A DNA stretch of 42,800 nucleotides from a virus (taxonomy: Duplodnaviria; Heunggongvirae; Uroviricota; Caudoviricetes). The notes beneath the pieces were generated by a model. The model had not been told where the DNA came from and did no database searches. It was given only the letters and a program-made list of their open reading frames with translations. A program made the translations under genes and the position numbers. Below, piece by piece: positions 29,203 to 37,928 of this stretch; within the stretch, counting starts at the first letter, position 1, and each line of letters starts with the position of its first letter. The stretch is taken from positions 1-42,800 of IMG/VR virus record IMGVR_UViG_2703719347_000006. One strand, written 5' to 3'.

Positions 29203-29655
29203 ATGGAATTCGAAATCAAAGGCGTGAAATATCGCGCGGCAAAACTCAGCGTTTTTGATCAGCTGAAAGTGACCCGCAAACTTCTGCCTGTGCTGGCAGG
29301 AATGATGTCAGATTTCGGGAGCATTCGCTCCCGTTTGCCTGCTGATGGCAAAATCGACACCGTGAAATTCGAGCAGTTAAAACCGGTGTTTGAAACCATG
29401 CTCCCGCGTATCGCTGAGGAACTGTCTTCCCTGACCGAAGATGACACCAGTGCGATTATTCATCCCTGTCTTGCGGTGGTATCGCGGCGTCATATGGACG
29501 GATGGGTTCCGGTATTTACCCAGGGCGAACTGATGTTTGATGATATTGACTTGCTGGTCATGCTGCATCTGGTGGCGCGGGTGGTCGCCGATTCGCTGGG
29601 AAATTTTTTGCCTACACCCCTTACCAGCACGACGCAGAGCCTGCAACAGGGCTGA
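29203..29655 (+). CDS. Tail assembly chaperone
   Basis: 150-aa ORF immediately upstream of tape measure gene; contains slippery heptamer T_TTT_TTG at 29604-29610. Confidence 0.55.
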   Translation: MEFEIKGVKYRAAKLSVFDQLKVTRKLLPVLAGMMSDFGSIRSRLPADGKIDTVKFEQLKPVFETMLPRIAEELSSLTEDDTSAIIHPCLAVVSRRHMDGWVPVFTQGELMFDDIDLLVMLHLVARVVADSLGNFLPTPLTSTTQSLQQG

Positions 29656-29843
29656 CGTTTAACAGCCTGCCGGACGGGCTGTCTTACCTTCTCAATCCGG
29701 TTGACGCCGGGTTAATTCCTTATACAGCACTTAAAGATGGCTCTGTCGATTTGTACGACATTGCTCTCTTGAATGACCATCTGGCGGTAAAAGCGGATAA
29801 CCAGCGGCGCATTGAGAAATGGAGAGAGGATAATGAACGCTGA
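29203..29843 (+). CDS. Tail assembly chaperone, predicted -1 frameshift extension product
   Basis: -1 frame is open from the slippery site to TGA at 29841-29843, overlapping the tape measure ATG. Confidence 0.45.
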
Positions 29844-31821
29844 AACTATTAAAGATTTCCTCGTCTCGCTTGGCTTCAGTGTGGATGATGCAGGAGCGAA
29901 AAAGTTCGGTTCTGTCCTCGCCGGTACAACTGCAAATGTCATCAAAATGGGGCTGGCTGTTGAAGGAGCTGCGCTGTCCGTGGTGGCCTTCACGGCTAAG
30001 ATCGCCTCCGGTCTGGATAATCTCTACTGGGCGTCACAGCGCACCGGCGCGACGGTTCAGGGGATTCAGTCTATTGGCTATGCGGTTTCGCAGGTTGGCG
30101 GCAGTGTGGACGCTGCGCGATCTTCTCTGGAAAGCCTCTCCCGGTTTATTCGTAACAATCCCGGAGCAGAAGGCTTTCTGAATCGCCTGGGCGTACAGAC
30201 CCGTGATGCCAGCGGTAACATGCGTGACATGGCTGCTATCTTTACGGGCGTTGGACAGAAACTCAGCAGCATGCCGTATTACCGGGCTAACCAGTATGCG
30301 CAGATGCTGGGCATTGACGAAAATACCCTTATGGCGATGCGCCGGGGTGTGGTTGGTTTCTCCGGGCAGTACAGCGCAATGGCGAAAGCTATCGGTTTCA
30401 ATGCTGACGAGGCGGCCAGAAGCTCCAACAAATTCATGACCTCCCTGCGCGAGTTCGGCGCGATGGCAGGCATGGCCCGTGACAAAATCGGCTCTAATCT
30501 TGCGGGTGGGCTTGCGGGTTCGCTGGACACCCTGCGCCGCCATATCCTGGACAACTTCCCTCGTATCGAGCAGACCCTGACGAAAGCCATAAAAGGCATT
30601 CTGGCGATCGGAGACATCATCGGGCGGCTGTTCTTCAGGCTAATTGAGGGAACATCCAGCCTTATCACCTGGTGGCAATCGCTGGATAAGCAAACGCGGG
30701 AGCTCATCTCGCTGTTTGGTGCACTGACGATTGCGCTGCGCATTCTGAACAGTACGTTCTGGATGTCGCCGATTGGCCTCATTACCGCGCTGGCGGCGGG
30801 TATTGCCCTCCTGTGGGAGGACTATCAGACCTGGAAGGAAGGCGGCGACAGCCTGATTGACTGGGGCAAGTGGAAGCCGGAGGTCGATGCCGCGCTGAAG
30901 ATGGTTCGTGACCTGAAAGGGTCTGTTAATGAACTGGCGAAAGCGCTGGCGAAACTGCTCAATATTGACCCCAAATCATGGTCCCTGAAGTGGGATTTCA
31001 GCAACTTCATCGACCAGATGGGCGAATTCAGCAAAATGCTGAACATGATCGCCGACCTGCTCAACGCTATCAAAGATGGCCGCTGGGCTGATGCCGTCAT
31101 CATCGGCAAACAGATACTTAATCAGGGCAGCGAAAATCCGTCAGCGATGCCGATGGTTACAGACAGCGCTAACAGTGCTGCCGACTGGATTAAAGAGCGC
31201 TGGGGATTCGATCCCCGCAGTGTGGGCCGGACGGTACGCGGCTGGTTTGGTGATGATGAGCCGGAACAATATGCACAGGCTACGAAACGAGGAGAACGGA
31301 ATAACAATCCGGGAAACCTTAATTTTGCTGGTCAGGCAGGGGCTTCTCTTGAACGCCCGGGCGGGCGATTTGCCAGATTTGAAACTGCTTTTGATGGATT
31401 ACGGGCTCTTGCTCGTCAGTTAATGCTGTACGCCGGACGGGGAATAAACAGTGTGGAGAAAATTATCTCTACCTGGGCACCTGCGTCTGATAATAACAAC
31501 ACAACTGCGTATATCAGGGCTGTATCGCAACGACTGGGAGTGGATCCCCGGGCTGCCCTGAATATGAGCGATCCGCAAACCATGTCAGCATTGATGAGCA
31601 GCATTATCCAGCATGAGAATGGAAGAAATATCTATTCTCGAGAGCTGATTAATAAGGCTGCCGTGGCGGGAATCAGTGGCAAAATGACAGAGGTTAACCA
31701 GCAAAATACTTACCACATCTACGGTGGTGGTGACCCGCGTTCTGTCGGTACCGAGGTCGAGCGCCGGCAGCAGTCGGCAAACGCCCAGGTCATGCGCGGT
31801 AATCAAACGAAGGTGGGCTAA
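29833..31821 (+). CDS. Tail tape measure protein
   Basis: 662 aa from ATG 29833 (RBS GGAGAGAGGA); long helical protein with central hydrophobic segments. Confidence 0.75.
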   Translation: MNAETIKDFLVSLGFSVDDAGAKKFGSVLAGTTANVIKMGLAVEGAALSVVAFTAKIASGLDNLYWASQRTGATVQGIQSIGYAVSQVGGSVDAARSSLESLSRFIRNNPGAEGFLNRLGVQTRDASGNMRDMAAIFTGVGQKLSSMPYYRANQYAQMLGIDENTLMAMRRGVVGFSGQYSAMAKAIGFNADEAARSSNKFMTSLREFGAMAGMARDKIGSNLAGGLAGSLDTLRRHILDNFPRIEQTLTKAIKGILAIGDIIGRLFFRLIEGTSSLITWWQSLDKQTRELISLFGALTIALRILNSTFWMSPIGLITALAAGIALLWEDYQTWKEGGDSLIDWGKWKPEVDAALKMVRDLKGSVNELAKALAKLLNIDPKSWSLKWDFSNFIDQMGEFSKMLNMIADLLNAIKDGRWADAVIIGKQILNQGSENPSAMPMVTDSANSAADWIKERWGFDPRSVGRTVRGWFGDDEPEQYAQATKRGERNNNPGNLNFAGQAGASLERPGGRFARFETAFDGLRALARQLMLYAGRGINSVEKIISTWAPASDNNNTTAYIRAVSQRLGVDPRAALNMSDPQTMSALMSSIIQHENGRNIYSRELINKAAVAGISGKMTEVNQQNTYHIYGGGDPRSVGTEVERRQQSANAQVMRGNQTKVG

Positions 31822-32408
31822 TGGATATTCTCTCTACACTTTTTCATCAGCAGAGCAGAAAAATAGGAATGATTGTTCCCAGTGTTGTTATTTCAGAGAA
31901 GCATACAGATATGCTTGAAATAACAGAGCATCCGGTAGAGGTCGGGGCCGCTGTCGCTGATCATGCCTATAAAAAACCGTCAGAAGTGGTGATGGAGGTT
32001 GGTTTCGCCGGTGGCGGTGCATTGCTGGATTTTGCCAGTAATCTGACGGCTACCAGCATGCTCGGCCTGAGTCCTCAGCAGACGTATCAGGAGCTACTGG
32101 ATCTGCAGGAAAGCCGTATCCCCTTCGATGTGGTAACCGGTAAACGGCTGTACAGCAACATGTTGATCCGGGCGCTGGAAGTGACGACGGACAAGACAAC
32201 CGAAAACGTCCTGTCCGCCGTCCTCACCCTGAGGGAGGTCATTATCTCCCGGACACAGCAGATTACCGTCGCGGATAAAACCAACATGAAGGAAGGGGCC
32301 AGCACGTCGGCGGTACAGAACAGCGGCAACAAAACCACAAAGCCTCCAGATACTTCACTGCTGAAAAGCATCACGGGTAACGTGGCGTCATTACTGGGGG
32401 GCGGTTGA
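31821..32408 (+). CDS. Putative tail/baseplate protein
   Basis: 195-aa ORF directly after tape measure. Confidence 0.4.
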   Translation: MDILSTLFHQQSRKIGMIVPSVVISEKHTDMLEITEHPVEVGAAVADHAYKKPSEVVMEVGFAGGGALLDFASNLTATSMLGLSPQQTYQELLDLQESRIPFDVVTGKRLYSNMLIRALEVTTDKTTENVLSAVLTLREVIISRTQQITVADKTNMKEGASTSAVQNSGNKTTKPPDTSLLKSITGNVASLLGGG

Positions 32409-32710
32409 TGACAATTCAGGAAATTCCGCTGACAGCGGATAACCAGCAGTTCAGTATCGCCCTGAGCGGTGTCACCTGGCGGATTAGCATCATATGGCGA
32501 GATCCTTACTGGATTATGGACCTGCAGAACGACAGAGGAGAGCCGGTAATCTCCGGTATTCCTCTCGTCACTGGCGCTGATCTGCTGGCGCAGTACGCCT
32601 GTATGGGGCTTGGTTTTAAGCTGTTGGTGGTCTGCGATGACAACACACAGGATTATCCCACGAAAACTGACCTGGGCAGTCGCAGCCATTTACTGGTATC
32701 AACGGAGTAA
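32405..32710 (+). CDS. Putative baseplate protein (101 aa)
   Basis: Overlapping neighbours by 4 nt. Confidence 0.35.
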   Translation: MMTIQEIPLTADNQQFSIALSGVTWRISIIWRDPYWIMDLQNDRGEPVISGIPLVTGADLLAQYACMGLGFKLLVVCDDNTQDYPTKTDLGSRSHLLVSTE

Positions 32711-32712
32711 GC

Positions 32713-33777
32713 ATGTCACAGAACTGGATGAGACATTTCGAGCTGCAGCTTGTGGACGGGAACGGTAAGGGAATTGAGCTAAGTGATTTCAAAGTCACCT
32801 TTACGATCGACTGGTTCAACATCAGCAGCGCGTCCCGGGTAGGGACTATCAAAATTTATAACCTTTCGGCAGATACTGTGAACCGAATTACCGGGCAGGA
32901 GTTTTCGAAAGTGCGGCTGATTGCCGGTTACGACGGTATCGCGCCGGAGGTGGCAGCAAGCGACGTCGGGACTGTGCGGGAAGTTGACGCGGCGGACGTG
33001 GGCCAGAGTGATGGCCGCAACTACGGGCTGATTTTCAGCGGAGAAATTCGCTACTCGGTCACAGGAAAAGACAGTCCGGTTGATACCTACGTCCTGATTC
33101 AGGCAGCAGATACTGATCTGGCATTTGCCACCAGTATAACCTCGCAGACGCTGGCGGCCGGTTACACGGTCGCAGATGTGAACCGTGCGCTGATGAAAGA
33201 CTTTGAGGCCAAAGGCGCGACCGAAGGACTGACGCCTGAAATGCCTGCTACCGTATTCCCTCGAGGGCGGGTGCTGTTCGGCATGACACGGCATCTTATG
33301 GATAACGTGGCCGGACAATGTGGCGCAACATGGCAATTTGTGGACGGTCAGCGCCAGATGGTGGCGAATAACGAGTATGTTCACGACGCGATTGTGCTCA
33401 ACAGCGCCACCGGGCTTATCGGCATGCCGCAGCAGACTATCGGCAACGGTGTAAACGTCCGCGCTCTTATTAATCCGAACATCCGGGTTAACGGGCTTAT
33501 TCAGCTGGATCAGGCTTCCGTGTACCGCACCGCGCTGTCGAACAATGATATTGCGATGGCTGGTGGGCAGATCACCGACCAGAACACGGACGGAAATATC
33601 ACGCTCAGCGGCACCACAGCACAACCTGCCAGCATCGCAACGGATGGCGTTTATATTGTGCGCGGGATTATGTACACTGGCGATACAAGGGGCCAGGCGT
33701 GGTACATGGATATGATGTGCGAAGCGCGTGGCGCGGCGGATCTTGTTTCCTCATCAGCGAGGGAAAGAGGGCTTTAA
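32713..33777 (+). CDS. Putative baseplate hub protein
   Basis: 354-aa ORF in baseplate cluster. Confidence 0.4.
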   Translation: MSQNWMRHFELQLVDGNGKGIELSDFKVTFTIDWFNISSASRVGTIKIYNLSADTVNRITGQEFSKVRLIAGYDGIAPEVAASDVGTVREVDAADVGQSDGRNYGLIFSGEIRYSVTGKDSPVDTYVLIQAADTDLAFATSITSQTLAAGYTVADVNRALMKDFEAKGATEGLTPEMPATVFPRGRVLFGMTRHLMDNVAGQCGATWQFVDGQRQMVANNEYVHDAIVLNSATGLIGMPQQTIGNGVNVRALINPNIRVNGLIQLDQASVYRTALSNNDIAMAGGQITDQNTDGNITLSGTTAQPASIATDGVYIVRGIMYTGDTRGQAWYMDMMCEARGAADLVSSSARERGL

Positions 33778-34109
33778 TGAAACGGTTATGTTTGGCGTTA
33801 GTTATGATGGTTACTGCTCCGGCGATGGCTGCAATTCAGTGCGGCAACTACACGATGACCGGTGACGGAATGACTGTTATTAACGGTGAAACTGTCACAT
33901 CACAGAAGATAAAATTTCTGGGAAAAGATGGTGACTATTCAAACATAAAAATGGACATGGGCCTGATGCCTTCCCGTGATGGTAACAATTACGGCTTTGA
34001 GTTTGTGAAACGTAACGGAAAAGCTTTCCTGAATGTCCAACTGCTGCAGAACAGCATGGATGCGCCGAAAATCATCGGTTCCTTTCCATGCAAAAAGATT
34101 GTTGATTAA
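33777..34109 (+). CDS. Secreted (periplasmic) small protein, moron candidate
   Basis: 110 aa from ATG 33777 (TAATG overlap with baseplate gene); signal peptide MKRLCLALVMMVTAPAMA with AMA-A cleavage motif; two Cys in mature part. Confidence 0.45.
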   Translation: MKRLCLALVMMVTAPAMAAIQCGNYTMTGDGMTVINGETVTSQKIKFLGKDGDYSNIKMDMGLMPSRDGNNYGFEFVKRNGKAFLNVQLLQNSMDAPKIIGSFPCKKIVD

Positions 34110-34126
34110 TCACTCGTAATTATAAT
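34099..34126 (+). promoter_or_regulatory. Putative sigma70 promoter for the 79-aa membrane-protein gene
   Basis: -35 TTGTTG (34099-34104), 16-nt spacer, consensus -10 TATAAT (34121-34126). Confidence 0.4.
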
Positions 34127-34162
34127 GTGATACTTCTACTTTCACGATAAGGAATTTGTCGC

Positions 34163-34402
34163 ATGTTCGGATTTGATAAATTAATAACTCCAAAAATCAT
34201 CAACGTTCTGTATGGCATCACAATGTTACTTCTGGTTGTTGCCGCCATTATAACGTTTGTTAATGGGAAGGCTGCTGGCGCTTTAGTGCTTTTGTTATGT
34301 GCTGTATTTTGCCGAATATTCTTTGAGTGCATCATGGTTTCATTTAAAAACAATGAGTATCTTCGCCGAATAGCTGAAGCGTTAGAAGCAAACAAGCAGT
34401 AA
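34163..34402 (+). CDS. Small two-helix inner-membrane protein, candidate superinfection exclusion moron
   Basis: 79-aa ORF with hydrophobic segments IINVLYGITMLLLVVAAIITFV and GALVLLLCAVFCRIFFECIMV; own promoter and terminator; AT-rich. Confidence 0.5.
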   Translation: MFGFDKLITPKIINVLYGITMLLLVVAAIITFVNGKAAGALVLLLCAVFCRIFFECIMVSFKNNEYLRRIAEALEANKQ

Positions 34403-34420
34403 TGAAACTTCAATAATGAA

Positions 34421-34442
34421 CCCGCCACCCGGCGGGTTTTTT
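34421..34442 (+). terminator. Rho-independent terminator
   Basis: Stem cccgcc (34421-34426) / ggcggg (34431-34436), loop accc, then tttttt. Confidence 0.7.
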
Positions 34443-34461
34443 GCTTTCTGGAGCCTACTAA

Positions 34462-35217
34462 ATGGCAGTATCTGACCAGACCCGCAGCGGCGACCTTGCT
34501 GAAACATTCAAATCTGAACGGGAAACAACAAAGAACCAGATCCGAGTCGCCTTGCCTGGCATTATTCAGTCATTCGATCCTGATGCGGTGACGGCGGTTG
34601 TGCAGCCTGCTATCCGTTCGGTTGAAAAGGATAATGACGGCAACCGCATTACCAAAAATTACCCATTGCTGGTGGATGTTCCAGTGATATTCCCACGTGG
34701 CGGAGGATGTACGCTAACGTTTCCGATTAAAGCCGGGGATGAGTGTCTTGTCGTTTTTGCCGATCGTTGTATTGATTTCTGGTGGCAGAGCGGCGGAATA
34801 CAGGAACCGGTTGATGACAGAATGCATGATTTATCGGATGCGTTTTGTATTGTCGGTCCGCAGTCTCAGGCGCAGAAAATCAGCGGAATCAGCACCAGCG
34901 CCGCGCAACTGCGTACTGATGATGGCGCTGCGTTTGTGGAAGTTGCCGCAGGCCATAACATCACGGTTAAAACCCCCGGCGCGCTGACGGCGACAGCAGA
35001 AGGAGGAACCACGATCACATCACCCACCATCACGCTAAACGGCAACGTGACAATAAACGGGAATCTCTCTCAGGGGATGGGCGAAAGCGGCGGCACCGCG
35101 ACGATGCTTGGCCCTGTCACGGTGACTAACGATGTAAAAGCTGGTGGTAAGAGCCTGATGACGCACACGCACGGCGGAGTACAGACCGGCGGCGGTAACA
35201 CAGGAGCGCCTAACTGA
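34462..35217 (+). CDS. Baseplate spike protein (gpV-like)
   Basis: 251-aa ORF; C-terminal Gly-rich repeat region; position before W/J/I-like genes. Confidence 0.5.
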   Translation: MAVSDQTRSGDLAETFKSERETTKNQIRVALPGIIQSFDPDAVTAVVQPAIRSVEKDNDGNRITKNYPLLVDVPVIFPRGGGCTLTFPIKAGDECLVVFADRCIDFWWQSGGIQEPVDDRMHDLSDAFCIVGPQSQAQKISGISTSAAQLRTDDGAAFVEVAAGHNITVKTPGALTATAEGGTTITSPTITLNGNVTINGNLSQGMGESGGTATMLGPVTVTNDVKAGGKSLMTHTHGGVQTGGGNTGAPN

Positions 35218-35570
35218 TGCGATACAGACGCGAAGACGCCGATGGCGATTATACCTTTGGCAGCGGTGATGACACCTGGCTGATTAACTCACCGGAGGCC
35301 GTGGCGCAGGCGGTAAAAACGCGATTCGAATTGTGGTATGGGCAATGGTTTCTCGATACCACCGAAGGGACTCCGTGGATCCAGTCTGTGCTCGGTAAGC
35401 AGAAGCCGGAAACCTACAACCTGGCGATCCGTAAGCGCATCCTCGAAACGCGTGGCGTTAAATCAATCCTCTCTTTCAATACGACGGTGGATACCACGAC
35501 CCGACGTGTCATGTTTTCCGCTGAAATCGACACTCTTTATGGAATAACGACTGTTACATCGGAGGCGTAA
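35217..35570 (+). CDS. Baseplate wedge protein (gpW/gp25-like)
   Basis: 117-aa ORF in the canonical V-W-J-I order. Confidence 0.4.
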   Translation: MRYRREDADGDYTFGSGDDTWLINSPEAVAQAVKTRFELWYGQWFLDTTEGTPWIQSVLGKQKPETYNLAIRKRILETRGVKSILSFNTTVDTTTRRVMFSAEIDTLYGITTVTSEA

Positions 35571-36766
35571 TGGCTCTGAACCTTGATTCTCTTGGTTTAT
35601 CTGCAAAGGTAACCGCAGAGGGGATCAGTGCGCCTGATTATCAGACGATACTCAGCACCCTGATTAGCTATTTTCAGCAGATTTATGGCAGTGATGCCTA
35701 CCTCGAACCGGACAGCAAAGACGGCCAGATGGTCGCTCTGGTGGCTCTGGCCATTCACGATGCCAACAACACGGCCATTTCTGTTTACCGGTCATTTTCT
35801 CCGTCGACGGCGCTGGACGATGCATTAACCAGTAACGTCAAAATTAACGGCATCACTCGCCGTGCTGCGACAAACTCTACGGTCGATGAGCTGATTGAAG
35901 GCGAAGCCGGAACGTTGATCACAAACGGGTCTGTGAAAGATGCCAACGGTATCATCTGGAATCTTCCTGCTCAGGTGACAATTGGTATTGATGGGACGGT
36001 TATTGCTACAGCGACGTGTTCTGTTGCTGGTGCTGTGGCGGCCCCTGCCGGGTCAGTCAATAAGATAAACACCCCGACACGTGGCTGGGTATCAGTAACT
36101 AACCCTCAAGCGGCTACCGTTGGCGTTGCTGCCGAAACAAATGCTGAATTGCGTGTCCGGCAATCACAGAGCGTTGCTTTACCATCTCTGACGCCGTTTG
36201 AGGCGGTAGATGGTGCGATAGCAAATATCAGCGGCGTAACGCGACACAAGCTGTATGAGAACGATACAGATACCACTGATGCAAATGGCCTGCCGCCGCA
36301 CTCAATCGCGGCCATTGTAGAAGGTGGTGATGCGACAGTCATTGCGAACAGCATTCGTGGTGTGAAAGGGCAGGGCGTAACACCCTACGGTAGTACGGTG
36401 ATTGTTGTGCCTGATAAGTACGGAAACCCTCACCCGGTAGGTTTTTCAAGGCCGGTCGATGTACCCATTTACGTCAAAATCACTATCGAGCCCCTTACGG
36501 GTTACACATCCCAGGTCGGCGAAGAGATAAAGGCGGCTGTATCTGCCTACATTAACTCTCTGGCAATCGGCGCCAGCGTTCTTCTCAGTCGCGTTTACTC
36601 ACCGGCTAACCTTGGTGTTGTCAGTGGAGGTAATGCCAGGTATTACGACATTACCGAGTTGCTGATCGGGACGTCTGCCGGTGGCGTAGCCGCGGCAAAC
36701 GTGGATATTGCCTTTGACCAGTCAGCATCCTGCGCCGTCAGCAATATTAATCTGGTGGTCTCATGA
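35570..36766 (+). CDS. Baseplate J-like protein
   Basis: 398-aa ORF between W-like and I-like genes. Confidence 0.5.
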   Translation: MALNLDSLGLSAKVTAEGISAPDYQTILSTLISYFQQIYGSDAYLEPDSKDGQMVALVALAIHDANNTAISVYRSFSPSTALDDALTSNVKINGITRRAATNSTVDELIEGEAGTLITNGSVKDANGIIWNLPAQVTIGIDGTVIATATCSVAGAVAAPAGSVNKINTPTRGWVSVTNPQAATVGVAAETNAELRVRQSQSVALPSLTPFEAVDGAIANISGVTRHKLYENDTDTTDANGLPPHSIAAIVEGGDATVIANSIRGVKGQGVTPYGSTVIVVPDKYGNPHPVGFSRPVDVPIYVKITIEPLTGYTSQVGEEIKAAVSAYINSLAIGASVLLSRVYSPANLGVVSGGNARYYDITELLIGTSAGGVAAANVDIAFDQSASCAVSNINLVVS

Positions 36767-37536
36767 GCAGATACACTGACCGCATAACAAACTACCACGC
36801 CGGTAAACCAAAGTTCTTTGCCCACGTCGACCTGTCCACCAGGCCACTGAGTGATGTTTCCGATGCCATGTCACGGCTAATACCCGATTTTGACATTGAT
36901 ACCGCCGTAGGCGTGCAACTCGACGTTGTGGGCGAATGGGTTGGTCGTTCCCGTCGCGTGGCTACACCGGTAACCGGGATTTATTTTTCGTGGGACACCG
37001 AACGGGTTGGCTGGGACCAGGGGATTTGGCAGGGACCATATGACCCAAACGACGGTTTTATCGATCTAAGCGATGAAATATATCGGCTAATTCTGAAGGT
37101 GAAAGTGGCGATAAACAACTGGGATGGTCAGAACGATTCGCTGCCTTCAATTCTTGATGCCGCCCTTGCCGGGTCCGGGATCCGCATGGCTATTGTCGAC
37201 AACCAGGATATGTCGATTTCTATCTGGATACTCGGTGACCCATCGGTAGCCCTAAGTGAAATAGACCGGTTAATTCTGGATAGCGCCGTCAATAAAGGCC
37301 CCTTTATCGCATTACCGGCAGGTTACGTACCATCGCGCTATGACATTAACCCGATTGACCAGGTTAACAGCGAGCTATGGTGGGCGATTCAAAACGGTTA
37401 TATGACGGTTAAGGCCGCCGGAGTTCGTGTCCGTGAAATAGAGACCGTCAGTGATGGTTATCAGTTTTTTGGCTTCGATATCGAAAATGACTATATCGCT
37501 GGTTTCGACCGCGGGTCATGGGGAGAGAGATTTTAA
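36763..37536 (+). CDS. Baseplate/tail protein I-like
   Basis: 257-aa ORF; its C-terminal two-thirds has a paralog at 41825-42300. Confidence 0.45.
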   Translation: MSRYTDRITNYHAGKPKFFAHVDLSTRPLSDVSDAMSRLIPDFDIDTAVGVQLDVVGEWVGRSRRVATPVTGIYFSWDTERVGWDQGIWQGPYDPNDGFIDLSDEIYRLILKVKVAINNWDGQNDSLPSILDAALAGSGIRMAIVDNQDMSISIWILGDPSVALSEIDRLILDSAVNKGPFIALPAGYVPSRYDINPIDQVNSELWWAIQNGYMTVKAAGVRVREIETVSDGYQFFGFDIENDYIAGFDRGSWGERF

Positions 37537-37673
37537 TGGCGACTAACGATTTTAAGCGCTTCGCTACTGGTAGTGGGGCAAACGTATTATCTCAGGCAGA
37601 CTATGAGTCACTATCTGCCCTGGCATCAGGGAAGGGCGCTAACGGCTATGTCATCATTGAGGAGTACGCATAA
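37536..37673 (+). pseudogene. Truncated tail-fibre N-terminal remnant (45 codons)
   Basis: MATNDFKRFATGSGANVLSQADYESLSALASG aligns with the N-terminus of the fibre ORF starting at 42300, then diverges and stops. Confidence 0.45.
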
Positions 37674-37870
37674 TGGCAGGTAATTACGCAGTCATTGAAA
37701 GTGGAATAGTTAAAAACATCATAATTGCGGAAAGCGGTTATGAATATGATGGTGCTGAACTTATCGAATATCCTGAAAGTGTATTTTGCCAGCCTGGGAT
37801 GTTTTATAACAAGGCAGACGGGCTATTTTACGATGATAAAGAATATTCAAAAATAAATAGCAAGAATTAA
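37673..37870 (+). CDS. Hypothetical protein (65 aa)
   Basis: ATG overlaps stop of the fibre remnant; followed by a terminator. Confidence 0.35.
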   Translation: MAGNYAVIESGIVKNIIIAESGYEYDGAELIEYPESVFCQPGMFYNKADGLFYDDKEYSKINSKN

Positions 37871-37894
37871 GTCACTAAATTACCAGAAAGCAAA

Positions 37895-37916
37895 CTGACC
37901 TTATGGTCGGTTTTTT
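37895..37916 (+). terminator. Rho-independent terminator
   Basis: Stem ctgacc (37895-37900) / ggtcgg (37905-37910), loop ttat, then tttttt. Confidence 0.55.
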
Positions 37917-37928
37917 ATTGGGGCGACT

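Noticed and set aside
30034-31109. Several minus- and alternate-frame ORFs inside the tape measure gene
   Set aside because: All overlap the long tape measure ORF in a unidirectional operon; no independent support.
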